Assembly: GCA_009859145.1 (NCBI GenBank)
Contig: VRVR01000055.1
Location: 1-64,000 of the forward strand
Direction of reading: 5' to 3'
DNA from: Andalucia godoyi And28
Lineage: Eukaryota; Protista; Jakobida
DNA: 64,000 nucleotides
Below are positions 32,440 through 42,338 of this stretch, piece after piece. The translations under genes were made by a program, and so were the position numbers. The number at the start of each line of letters is the position of its first letter. Within the stretch, counting starts at the first letter, position 1. The notes under the pieces were generated by a model, which saw only the letters and a list, made by a program, of their open reading frames with translations, made no database searches and was not told the DNA's origin.

Positions 32440-33423
32440 ATGGGTTCAATCAACGGACGACTGCAAGACCTCATTGCCTCTCTCGAGCTCAGAGAAGACG
32501 AGAGAGCGAAAGCAGTATCTCGTCATACGAAGATTCGCGAGGAAGTTCTTCTTCGTAATGCCGTTTTACCTTGCAAACTTGCATTTCTGACGGGGTCGTA
32601 TGAACGGCGAACGTGTATCCGACCTCTCCACGACATTGATCTTTTTGCAGTTGTTGATACCGATCGTTTCAATCTGAAAAGAGTCACTGCGCGAGAATTG
32701 TTGGAACTGATGAGCCGTGTTATTCGTGACGCATATCCCACGTCTCGTATTCGTATCCAGTGGCATTCTGTGAATATCAAGTTCGCCGACGGCGTTGCCT
32801 TTGACATTCTGCCAGCGTTTGCTAAAGAGGCTCGCACAAAAGATGGTGAAATTGCTGAGTATTATGTCATTCCGGAAGTCATTGACGAGAATCATCCAGG
32901 CAAGTTTATTGCCACCAACCCGAGACTGTTTTCAAATTGGAGCTCGCAAGTTCACGGTGCTTGCAGCGGAATACTGAGTCCTTTATTTAAGTTGATGAAA
33001 CTATGGAGACGCTCCATTAGTCGGCGATACAAAGCTGCAAACCGCATCTTTCCCTTGTATTCCCATTTGCTTGAAGCAACTGTTTACCATTCGGTGGACC
33101 CCGAAGCATTGGTGAATCTACAAATTCCCACCGGTCAGTCATCACTCGGTACTCGTCTCCGATTGTTGTTTTCAAATGTTTTGAGTTTCTTGCAAAGAAA
33201 ACAAAAATGCTTGGACATTTGTTCGTTGACGTTTGCTGGCGGTCCGACATTTCGTCCTTTCGACGAGCATCTCACGGATTCTACTCGTGCAGAGGTAATC
33301 ATGGAGCTTAAGAACGTTTTACATGTACTTGATTCGTGGTTGTTGAAAGAAGCAAAGAAGACTACGCCAACAGACGAGACATGGAATGCTTACTGCGCGC
33401 TGTTTGGTATACAATCCAATTGA
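32440..33423 (+). CDS. cGAS/DncV-like nucleotidyltransferase (SMODS/CD-NTase, OAS-related pol-beta superfamily), 327 aa
   Basis: FLTGSYERRTCIRPLHDIDL (GS + DxD), HSVNIKF, third Asp in FDILPA, IATNP, FKLMKLW, SHLLE and C-terminal W...LFG. This is the motif series of bacterial CBASS cyclases. Intronless; ATG at 32440 within track ORF 32410-33423. Confidence 0.9.
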   Translation: MGSINGRLQDLIASLELREDERAKAVSRHTKIREEVLLRNAVLPCKLAFLTGSYERRTCIRPLHDIDLFAVVDTDRFNLKRVTARELLELMSRVIRDAYPTSRIRIQWHSVNIKFADGVAFDILPAFAKEARTKDGEIAEYYVIPEVIDENHPGKFIATNPRLFSNWSSQVHGACSGILSPLFKLMKLWRRSISRRYKAANRIFPLYSHLLEATVYHSVDPEALVNLQIPTGQSSLGTRLRLLFSNVLSFLQRKQKCLDICSLTFAGGPTFRPFDEHLTDSTRAEVIMELKNVLHVLDSWLLKEAKKTTPTDETWNAYCALFGIQSN

Positions 33424-34151
33424 GCACAAAGCTGGTGATGTTGCTGAATCGCAGGCGCATAGCATATTCAAAATCCCACTCTGTCTTGTAACCGTAAATA
33501 GAGCTGGACCCTTTTCAACCGCTCAGCTCTTCAGGACGGTGAAGTACTCACTCTTTCTATGACATACGTTCAGGTATTCTTTCGCAATTCACGTTCTTCC
33601 TTTCCAAAGTCATCCTCGACGAGAGCCCTTTCGATCCAACGTACCCAAACCAGTTGTTTCACCAGTCGATGAATCTTGGAAAAGCGATCCGCAGAAACGG
33701 GCACTCCTTTGCGTGTGTTTGTTCCTCGAACCAGGTTAAGGATACTTCATGGAATGCAAATGTCAGAGGTGTCCAGATTTTGACGGAAAAGCATCACTGC
33801 AAGAAGATGTGCAACACCATTCGAGTGTATGTGCAGCTGTGCGACAAGGTTGGGAAAGAGACGAAAACATGGGACCCATTGCGAAGCCGATAAACCTAAG
33901 TTTTTCATGGACCGTCTTTTCGGACAGCCAGACATGTTATTGCCAGGATTGGTCGTCACACTGTTTATGCATGCCTTTGGGAAAGAGGGGATGTTAACTT
34001 GCACTGCGGACGACGGATTTTTTGGGATGTCGATCTTCAATGACAGTTGTGACTCGGAATGAACCAAGAGAATGCACTCGATGTTCTGCGACAACCATTT
34101 CATTGTCTGCGAATCAGATATCGCAACATTTTGGGACTCAGCGATTCGCCT

Positions 34152-37100
34152 TTAACTTTTGGTTACACTACCGAAAGCTGTCTTGATAATCACCAGGGTA
34201 TCGCGGTAGAAATTCCGAATTTCGATGACAGTCGGGTCCGTTGCCCCCAGCTGTATCGTGGCCTGGTTTAACAACGTAAGCAGCTCACCAGCTCCTTCAT
34301 GTGGGCGTATCTCCACGAGCTGTCGAATCGCGTTGAATCTTCTTCTAAAAACTCGAAGTTCAGTTGAGTTTGCATCCACAGACGCCAGTCTCTTTTGAAT
34401 TGGAACATAGGAATCTGTATCTTCCCTCTGTAATTTCAAAATACGAGGTGGCGAGGATAGCTGACGACAAAGATCGTAAATTCCATCACTTTGCGTGATT
34501 GTGCCTAATATCTTGAGATCATTGGACAATTCTGTGCACTCTTTCACAGCGTCTGAAAGCCAACCAAGTTTGATCAAACATCCGATCAAAAAAGCACGGC
34601 ATTGGAGGAACTCACTTTTCGATGCATCAGGGCTATCGTGCAGACACAATGACCTACGGATTCCACATACGGACATTGCTTCATGATAATTTCCCTTTTC
34701 TACGAGAACTTGACCAACTCTCCGTCGGTGTGACAATACCACAGAATCATCTACGTCGGACCGACTCTTTTCGAAGTCAAGTATAGAATTGAATTCTCGT
34801 AAGCCACTCTCGAAGGCATTCAACCGGATGAGGCAAAAACAATAATAGAGTCGAGGAGTCACAATTTCCACTTTAGTAAATCCCGATTGGAACTTCTTAT
34901 GTACTTCAGTCAATGACTGGAACACAATGACGGCATCTTCATATTTTCCAAGTTCATACAGCCAAGTCGCCATATTATGGCGAATCCATAGCATGGAACG
35001 ACTCTCCTCTCCCGCAATACGTCCGTAATCTAGTAAGAGTCTCTCATACATTTGGACACATTTAAGAAGTTTGGCGGTGTCTTTGAGCTTGAAGAAACAG
35101 CGTGCCTGTCCGTTGAGAGCAATTAATTTGCCTTCGACATCATTTCTGGCTGTTGCAATCACCATCGCAATTTGATACTGTTCAAGAGCTGCGTCAACGT
35201 AATCGTTGTCGAACAGTTCGGAAGCAAACCAGTGAGAGAGAGACAGTGTAACATGAGAAGTTGCACCAAAAACAGACGACCACTCTCGTGACATCTTACG
35301 TAGCGATTCAAATGCTCTTTCTCGTTCATTTCCCAGTGCTATACTTAGTAGCAAGCGTTCAGTTTGAATAAGCAAATGAAACGCATGATCATCTGAAGGC
35401 CACAGTTTTTCAACATCCGTAACGAGAGCGGTACACCATTTGTCAGCCTCCTTCATTCTATCGTTGTGCACTAGCGAACGAAACATTCGATACCTGAGCA
35501 AAAGTATATAACCAACCACGGTGTCACTCAGTGTTGATAACGTCGAAATCGAAGGCAACACACTCTCGAACAAGCCGTGGAGCAAGTTCAATCTCTCACA
35601 TCGCTTTAATCCATTCGAAATCCGCAAACACAATTGCCAAAATTCCGAAGAGGCCTCTCCCCAACAAGCTGCAGCAATCGCAAGTGACGCTTCACGGAAG
35701 ACTTCTGAACCGCCATAATCCGTTCCATCGTAGATGTGAACTTGCGAAACACCGACGCTTGCTTTGCGAAGATCAGAAACGATATCCAAAATCCACGGTC
35801 GGATATCGGGATCGTTATTGAACATCTTCACCAACAGAGGGTACAAAACGTCCCGTACAAAAGAAGAGAAGACTGGAGGCACACCAGAGTTGCATACCGA
35901 GTCCAGCCAGTCCTTGTCTTGAAGATCCAAGTTACTGTAGACTTCCCTGACTGCCGGAATATTGTTCGGATGAAAAAGAATGCTCATCAAAATGCCAATC
36001 GAAAAAACATCTGATGCTGGCAGCAAATTCCTCACGTCATGCGAAGTTCCATGCACAATTTGCTCGGGACTTCGAAAACCCGGCGTGCCTCCAAATACGG
36101 ATCGATGACTCCGTGAGGTGTTTCCAGACACGGAAACTTGAGATCCAATCCCAAGCTCGTCTTCTTGAAATTTGTATGACATTCCAAAATCTATGAGTGC
36201 AACTACATACGATTTAACCAGTGCTGAACCACTGGTAACATCCGGAAATGAAGGCGCTACCGGGCGACCATCCGCGTCCAGATGACACTCTCGCAAAACC
36301 AAAATATTCGACGGCTTCAAATCTAAATGCAAACACTTCATCTTATGCATATGGTGAATTGCAAAGAGGATTTGCAGCATTATATGTCGACATACTAAGA
36401 GCATTACTTGCGGTTCCCGTTCCCATCTTGATTTCCAATCGGAAGACTCGAGCAAATCATGAAGCGATCCCAAGGAAGAGTACTGTGAGAAAACCGCCCC
36501 ATCTCTGGCAAACAATACGGGTGCAATGTTTGCATGGCCGTCAAGTTCTGCCCAAATGTCTCTCTCTCGCGTGCGTGCATTCACATGAGACGACAATTTG
36601 CAAGCAAAAAACTTCGTAGTAATTTCGGTTGACAAATTTGTCGAATCAATACGAACAAACTCGACCATGTATACTGCACCATATCCACCGACTCCGATCA
36701 GAGCGTGCACTTTGAGAAGCTTGCATTTCGGGTCGTCATGTGCAACCATGCTGTCGCACAGAGAGCGCATTTTTTCATGAGAATAAAGCAGCGGAGGTCT
36801 TCTTCGACAGGAAATCTTCAGAAATCGGTGGGAGTATGCGTGATGCAGCAATAACGCGGTAAAGCAAGCGCCAAGATCTGAAGCATATACACATATCCCA
36901 TCTCCACCGTCTGCTACCGTGGACAACATAAGGCAGTGAACACGTGCGGACTCTTCCATCTCATACGGCGAGTGATGATTCGAGGCTTCAGCATTGCTCC
37001 CGAGATTGGCTCTTGTAATGTGAAAAGGAACTTCTGGTGAATCTTCTCTCATTTCAAACTCACCATTCACGACGAGAGGGACACTGACGTCTTCAACTCC

Positions 37101-37679
37101 TTCATGTCGGTCACGGCACAATTGATTGTACAAGAGAAACCTAATCTTTCCCAATGGATGCATTGCACTCGACGCATCCAATTGCAATTGATCAGTGGAC
37201 ACCGCACTGCTTGTCACGAAGAGTAGCACCGGGTTGTGTATGCTCACCTTGCGTCCAGCAGACAACTGTGCTGTCACAGCTACTGGCAAGTCGGAAAAAT
37301 CATCTGGCGCCAAGAAAACAGTCCTCCAACTAATGCCCCTTCCCCACATCACTTCCGATGCCCAGTTACGTGCCTCACGTTGCAGTATTTCTTCTGAAGG
37401 CGAAGTATACACAATCCACATGCGGACAAGCAGGTTTGCAGTTTGCAGGAATTGGGGGCCTCCACTCCTCTTGGAATAAGAAAGGGAAGCATAGCTGAAA
37501 GGATCGGTGATGTAGAGCGCACATATCACAGGATATACGTCCGTAAATCCTTCGGTACCCCAATCGGAAGGACACGCAACCTGACGGAGACCATGAGAAC
37601 CGCCAACTTCAAGCGAATTATCGCTTCCGGCAGCGGACACAGTTGCTCCCCACGACTCTCCAGATTCAGAGAGAGCCAT
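34152..37679 (-). CDS. Ser/Thr protein kinase with unknown N-terminal domain and C-terminal TPR-like repeats (1175 aa)
   Basis: IGVGGYGAV, FACK, HLDLKPSN, DFG, GTPGFRSPE and SDVFSIG. Later helical repeats such as RHNMATWLYELGKYEDAVIVF resemble kinesin-light-chain-type TPRs. Confidence 0.88.
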   Translation of the reverse strand: MALSESGESWGATVSAAGSDNSLEVGGSHGLRQVACPSDWGTEGFTDVYPVICALYITDPFSYASLSYSKRSGGPQFLQTANLLVRMWIVYTSPSEEILQREARNWASEVMWGRGISWRTVFLAPDDFSDLPVAVTAQLSAGRKVSIHNPVLLFVTSSAVSTDQLQLDASSAMHPLGKIRFLLYNQLCRDRHEGVEDVSVPLVVNGEFEMREDSPEVPFHITRANLGSNAEASNHHSPYEMEESARVHCLMLSTVADGGDGICVYASDLGACFTALLLHHAYSHRFLKISCRRRPPLLYSHEKMRSLCDSMVAHDDPKCKLLKVHALIGVGGYGAVYMVEFVRIDSTNLSTEITTKFFACKLSSHVNARTRERDIWAELDGHANIAPVLFARDGAVFSQYSSLGSLHDLLESSDWKSRWEREPQVMLLVCRHIMLQILFAIHHMHKMKCLHLDLKPSNILVLRECHLDADGRPVAPSFPDVTSGSALVKSYVVALIDFGMSYKFQEDELGIGSQVSVSGNTSRSHRSVFGGTPGFRSPEQIVHGTSHDVRNLLPASDVFSIGILMSILFHPNNIPAVREVYSNLDLQDKDWLDSVCNSGVPPVFSSFVRDVLYPLLVKMFNNDPDIRPWILDIVSDLRKASVGVSQVHIYDGTDYGGSEVFREASLAIAAACWGEASSEFWQLCLRISNGLKRCERLNLLHGLFESVLPSISTLSTLSDTVVGYILLLRYRMFRSLVHNDRMKEADKWCTALVTDVEKLWPSDDHAFHLLIQTERLLLSIALGNERERAFESLRKMSREWSSVFGATSHVTLSLSHWFASELFDNDYVDAALEQYQIAMVIATARNDVEGKLIALNGQARCFFKLKDTAKLLKCVQMYERLLLDYGRIAGEESRSMLWIRHNMATWLYELGKYEDAVIVFQSLTEVHKKFQSGFTKVEIVTPRLYYCFCLIRLNAFESGLREFNSILDFEKSRSDVDDSVVLSHRRRVGQVLVEKGNYHEAMSVCGIRRSLCLHDSPDASKSEFLQCRAFLIGCLIKLGWLSDAVKECTELSNDLKILGTITQSDGIYDLCRQLSSPPRILKLQREDTDSYVPIQKRLASVDANSTELRVFRRRFNAIRQLVEIRPHEGAGELLTLLNQATIQLGATDPTVIEIRNFYRDTLVIIKTAFGSVTKS

Positions 37680-38257
37680 GCCGATTGTTCTCTTTCACAA
37701 ATGCTTATTAATGTCGCAGAAAAATGAAGCAACACAGGTGCAAAAACGAAATAACTACACTATCTGGCACGTGAAGTAGCGTAAAGGCGGGGCCGCGGGG
37801 AAGCAGAGCTGTTGCCCTGTTTTTTGCAGCCTGCTTGGCAGATCCCGCCTCCTACAAATATCCTCCGTTTTGCCATTGCGAAAACTCATTGCCGCAGGCA
37901 AGGTGTGTGAGCTCGCCGATCGGAGCGCACGCTTGAAAAATGAAATGTTTGCTCGTAACGCCGTCATTCCCAATTTTCAAAGATCAGGGCTTTTGTGAAC
38001 CTTCCGTGATCCGTCCGCCGTCGGCACAGTTGAAGGTTGAAGCCACTTTTGTGTAGCCCATCAAACAGAACGGTGCTGTGCTGGCAGAATCGGCTCTTTT
38101 TGCTTCCTTGACTCCGGAAAGCCCTCAGCAACCCAGACCTTCAATCTCCTTCGTCCTTCATCGCCGTTCGTCTCGGTCTAACCACTTTCGTTCTCCTTTA
38201 TTTTTCTCCCTTTCCCTTTTCTTTTTCAGTCTCCGTTCTTAACATCCCATCAGCATC
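37680..38257. promoter_or_regulatory. Putative bidirectional promoter between the two kinases
   Basis: 578-bp head-to-head intergenic region with CACGTG, a GC-box-like aggcggggcc, and a polypyrimidine tract before ATG 38258. Confidence 0.4.
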
Positions 38258-41200
38258 ATGAACGGCTCTGGTAGGCAGGCCACGAACTCCCGTGTTGACT
38301 TCCGAGTGCTAAAGTTTCCCCCTGTCGCTGTTCGCGTTTGCGGTACTTCTATTTCCGAGGGCGATGGGCTCGTTGGTCCGTTGCGGTCGCTGTCAGTCGA
38401 TAGTTCTTCCACTTCGGAAACGTGTCGTCAATCAGTTCGAAAAGACGATGCACATCCAGATGTGGATTCCGATTGGATGTTAGTCGATGTGACAGATGAT
38501 GAGTGGAAACTGCAATGGAAATCCAATTTTGTCGAAGGAGGTCGATCGCTTTCCAGGTTTGCCCAGAAAATTGCGAAGAAGCTCACAGAGGATGAAGAGC
38601 TGTTTTGCGTAACTGTTGTGGGTTCTCCTCAAATGAACACATTTGTCTGTGACAAGGCCCGCTCTTTGGATAGGGCTCAGACATGTATCCAAGAATCCTT
38701 GGAAGCTGTTCTGACAGTCGTTTTGTTGATTGCTGATCCAAACGATCGTGTGTCTGATTTGATACTTGACGAGACATATGCCGATGTTTCGAAGCACGTT
38801 CCTTCTTCGGTACCTGGTAATCCTGCAGATTACCGTGCTGGATGGTCATCGTACATCCATAACCACTCGATTGTAATTGACACTCCGTCCGGGAAGTCAA
38901 TGTCAGCGACCGACAACCGCCCCGTCCTTGTTTCCGCAAGTATTTTGGACGTTCAATGTTTGAGTGACACTGCCGGATCATCTGCGAGATGTTCTTGGGA
39001 ATGGGAAAATGTTGGTGAATCTCGTGTGGATTCTTTATCATTCTCGCGTTCTACCTCCACAGACAGTGATGTCATTGATGAACTGTTTGCAACTGTTCAT
39101 TGTGGGTTGCCAGGATTGTTCGGAACTCATTCGGAACGATTTCCTACGGGATTGTCATTCTTTTTTGGAGGATCTTGTGACACTTCAAGCGACCAGCAGA
39201 AAGCGATGGGTCTGCGTTTCAGTGGCGATGGTTGTTCGTTTGAGGTGGGATCTTTTATGATCATAACCTCTTCATCTTTGAATCGTGTTGTGAATCTGCA
39301 CAATGGTTTTTCCGTGACTGTTGACTGGAATCATCCACCAGGCTCGAAAGGCACGTTTCTGTCATCGACGGAAGCAACAGTGCAAAACTTGCTGCAGACA
39401 TTACCGGTTGTTGAAGAAATTCGAAAGCACTCTTCAAAATTCACCCCTGTCTCTGGATTGAACATTAAGATGAGCGGTTATCAGGTTTTCGCTTCTGGAC
39501 TTGTACAGCTACGATTCAGATTTGGTGATGCACTGCTGCTCATTTTGTCGGTAGGACAAGCTGACACCGTGGTTCGATCCGTCATGCTTGAACTTCGACA
39601 AAAGATGCAGTCGTCGGATAAAGCCGGCAGTTACCGCACCGTGCATGTCCTGGGCTGTCGTTCAATTCAATGGTCTTCGCAGCATGGTTTATTCATTCTT
39701 CCTCCGAAGAGCAATGGCCTGGAACATTCCACGGTTTCTTTCTCGTGTTCTTCTGTTCCACTCCAGAATCCATTCTTCCCGACAGATTCTTATGGCAGAC
39801 TGTGTGTGGGTGCACACACCGAACCCGGTGACAATTTATCCGCTGTATTGGATGGCTTCTGTGATTTTGCAAATGATGACAGCGGAGGTTTGGTTTCCTT
39901 TATCTCCCCCAATGGTGACCAGCTGATGAGCTACAAGGGCAAATTACAGAATGGAAAAGTGCTAGACCATTCACAGGTGCTATGTACGAATTATCAAAAT
40001 GGTCGACTGTTTTCTGGCGTCTTTGTCAACGAGGTTCCACACGGGATAGTGGAAATGCGAGACTTGACGAATCTTTCGTCTGATGGCTTGCGATTCGAGA
40101 ATGGCAGAGATTGCGGTTCTGTGCCTCTTAGAGACCAGTTTCACAGTTTCCTGGAGAACATTAAGCAAAAGTTTAGTACCGACCCGCACATCCATCATTT
40201 GGACAAGCCGTCTTTTGTTCTTCGCAATGGCGAAGCATTCTGCGTCTTTTCGCACGAGTGTCGTGTTTCTTCAACTGCTTCAAATATTTTCCGTGGTTGG
40301 ACGCTTTCAGATGGAGTCGTTGCTGTCAAAATTTTTTCTGAAGCGCAGGGTCATAAGGATGCGACTGTGAATGGGCGCCTCCCCATCAGTTCAGACCCTG
40401 ATAGTGGTATCGTTCGGTACATCCACACAGATTGCGTGCGGTCCTCTGAATGTTCTTTGCGTTCATCGGACGGGAAGCCTGCCTCTGCACTTGTTCTTGA
40501 ATTGTGTGAGCCAGGTGATGCCGAGACTCACATTGTAGCATTGCAGAACGAGATTTCTTCCGAAAAGTTCTTGTCGCATATTTTCGGACTTCTTCGAGGG
40601 TTGCATGGCATCCACAACTTGAGTATCGTCCACCGAGACATCAAGCCGTCTAATGTTTTGTTTTCATCAGGACCTCTTGCTCGTCTTCGACTAGCCGATT
40701 TTGGTATTTCTGCCTTTTTACCGAGTGGCAAGACAAGCAGGCTGCAAACAGCCCTCGATGGTGTCGGTACTGCTGGATGGTGTGCTCCTGAACAAGTATC
40801 CGATACGCTGCTCCACACAACACGGACGGATGTATTCAGTTTTGGATGGACAATGCTCTTTCTGTGCATTGATCATGAACGTTGTTCAAAGTATCCCCGT
40901 CTCTGCAAGAACAGTTCTTTTTTGGCTCTGTCTCCATCCGATCGAATGGAGTTATTCCGAACTTCGCAGGGTCTTGAGGCATACCGAAAGGCTTTATCCG
41001 ACGATATTGAAGGAATCAAGGCTGGTCGGATACCTCTTCACATGGAGTCTGCACATGCTCAAAGCACCATGCAATACTTCTTCGCAGATCTCTTCAGTAG
41101 AATGGTGGATGTTGATCCCAAGAAACGGGATACTTCAGCGTCATTGTTGCGACATCCTCTGTTCTGGTCTTGTACTGAAAGTTTGAATTTGGTGAAAGAT

Positions 41201-41692
41201 GTTGTTGACGTCGTGCATGATTTGGCAATTACCCAACCACGCGCTCCCACGGGTTCAGAAGTCTTGGATGTGCTTTTGCAAAGGAGTTCCGCCGGCAAGA
41301 ATTCCATTCTATCCTCTTCCTCCTTTGATGCCTGGGGTCCAAATTCCAATATGCTTATTCGTGGACAGTTGATAGATTCTGTTTTTGATGTTAGAGCCAA
41401 GAAGTTGCCGTCCACAGCCAACCTGACGATGTATGCGGTCATGAAATTCTACAGAAACATTCTCACCCATTCAGATGCTTCGTCGGCGCTCTTCCTCCTC
41501 GGAACAAACAATGACTCTTTTCTGACGTACCGTTTGCTGTCTGCCGCGAAGAATGGATTGTTGTTTCATGACATTTGGAAGATATGTTTAGAAGCTTTCC
41601 GCAGAACATCGAAAAAGGATCGTACATCTCTGTCCAGAGAAGATGTTAACTCTCTGTGTATCTTAGAAAAATGCTTTGGAACACTAATGTAG
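38258..41692 (+). CDS. Kinase-KEN ribonuclease, RNase L/IRE1-like (1144 aa)
   Basis: Kinase ~40260-41170 (VAVK, HRDIKPSN, DFG, GTAGWCAPE) is followed directly by LLRHPLFWS and a KEN-like region with KFYRNILTH (RNxxxH, 41444-41470). MORN-like Y.G...NG repeats precede the kinase. No signal peptide, TM helix or ankyrin repeats seen. Confidence 0.82.
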   Translation: MNGSGRQATNSRVDFRVLKFPPVAVRVCGTSISEGDGLVGPLRSLSVDSSSTSETCRQSVRKDDAHPDVDSDWMLVDVTDDEWKLQWKSNFVEGGRSLSRFAQKIAKKLTEDEELFCVTVVGSPQMNTFVCDKARSLDRAQTCIQESLEAVLTVVLLIADPNDRVSDLILDETYADVSKHVPSSVPGNPADYRAGWSSYIHNHSIVIDTPSGKSMSATDNRPVLVSASILDVQCLSDTAGSSARCSWEWENVGESRVDSLSFSRSTSTDSDVIDELFATVHCGLPGLFGTHSERFPTGLSFFFGGSCDTSSDQQKAMGLRFSGDGCSFEVGSFMIITSSSLNRVVNLHNGFSVTVDWNHPPGSKGTFLSSTEATVQNLLQTLPVVEEIRKHSSKFTPVSGLNIKMSGYQVFASGLVQLRFRFGDALLLILSVGQADTVVRSVMLELRQKMQSSDKAGSYRTVHVLGCRSIQWSSQHGLFILPPKSNGLEHSTVSFSCSSVPLQNPFFPTDSYGRLCVGAHTEPGDNLSAVLDGFCDFANDDSGGLVSFISPNGDQLMSYKGKLQNGKVLDHSQVLCTNYQNGRLFSGVFVNEVPHGIVEMRDLTNLSSDGLRFENGRDCGSVPLRDQFHSFLENIKQKFSTDPHIHHLDKPSFVLRNGEAFCVFSHECRVSSTASNIFRGWTLSDGVVAVKIFSEAQGHKDATVNGRLPISSDPDSGIVRYIHTDCVRSSECSLRSSDGKPASALVLELCEPGDAETHIVALQNEISSEKFLSHIFGLLRGLHGIHNLSIVHRDIKPSNVLFSSGPLARLRLADFGISAFLPSGKTSRLQTALDGVGTAGWCAPEQVSDTLLHTTRTDVFSFGWTMLFLCIDHERCSKYPRLCKNSSFLALSPSDRMELFRTSQGLEAYRKALSDDIEGIKAGRIPLHMESAHAQSTMQYFFADLFSRMVDVDPKKRDTSASLLRHPLFWSCTESLNLVKDVVDVVHDLAITQPRAPTGSEVLDVLLQRSSAGKNSILSSSSFDAWGPNSNMLIRGQLIDSVFDVRAKKLPSTANLTMYAVMKFYRNILTHSDASSALFLLGTNNDSFLTYRLLSAAKNGLLFHDIWKICLEAFRRTSKKDRTSLSREDVNSLCILEKCFGTLM

Positions 41693-42128
41693 GTCTCTGA
41701 ATATTGTCAAATGAATGGCCATGTTTCCCTTTTCGAAGCGGACTTTTGACCATGATTCAAGCCTTTCCGACTGCGGGTGTCAGTGGACGATTGTGTCAAT
41801 GAATTGTCCATGCGTATCCAGAAGTACAGTGTTGTTGTCGATCCTCATAAATAATATTTACCTTTTTTTCTGCGCATGATCTCTCGCTCAAAAACCACAT
41901 CGACACAAGCAAAAGAAGAAAACAAGCAAATTGGAACGCAAAGTAAGTGACTTGCAAATGCTTGCCAGTGATCCATACTGTCTTCAATGCTACATCAGGC
42001 GTGCACCAACCCCATCCTTGTCGTTTGGGCTGTTCTGAAGAGCAGCACATGACCAACAATCAAGAATTCAAGATGTTCCTCTCGCTTCGACTTTCGAGCA
42101 TCTGGCGCAGTTTTCGCTGTACGATGCA

Positions 42129-42338
42129 GTGAACTGTTCCGACGCATCGAACATCCCACCGTGCAGTCGCAAAGTTTGCTATGGAAATGGCGTGTTCCAG
42201 GTGATCGACGCACTTCTCGACATGTCCTGCGTATGCTATGCCTTCGATGCCAAGGGATGCTGGGCAGGAGAGTACTGCGAGCTGGCTGCGACCCCGCGTC
42301 CAACTGCAGACAGTGTGTCCGGTGTGAAGACTGGGTAA
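42129..42338 (+). pseudogene. EGF-like coding fragment, probably a decayed surface-protein gene
   Basis: CSRKVCYGNG...CVC...GCWAGEYC pattern; flanking frames are interrupted by stops. Confidence 0.35.

Noticed and set aside
37988-38044. Hairpin (ggctt/aagcc, aaccttc/gaaggtt) in the kinase intergenic region as an ncRNA
   Set aside because: Stems of 5 and 7 bp are compatible with chance; no known RNA family features.
37150-38940. Similarity between the N-termini of the two divergent kinases (ICALYITDP vs VVLLIADP)
   Set aside because: Too weak to support homology without a profile comparison.
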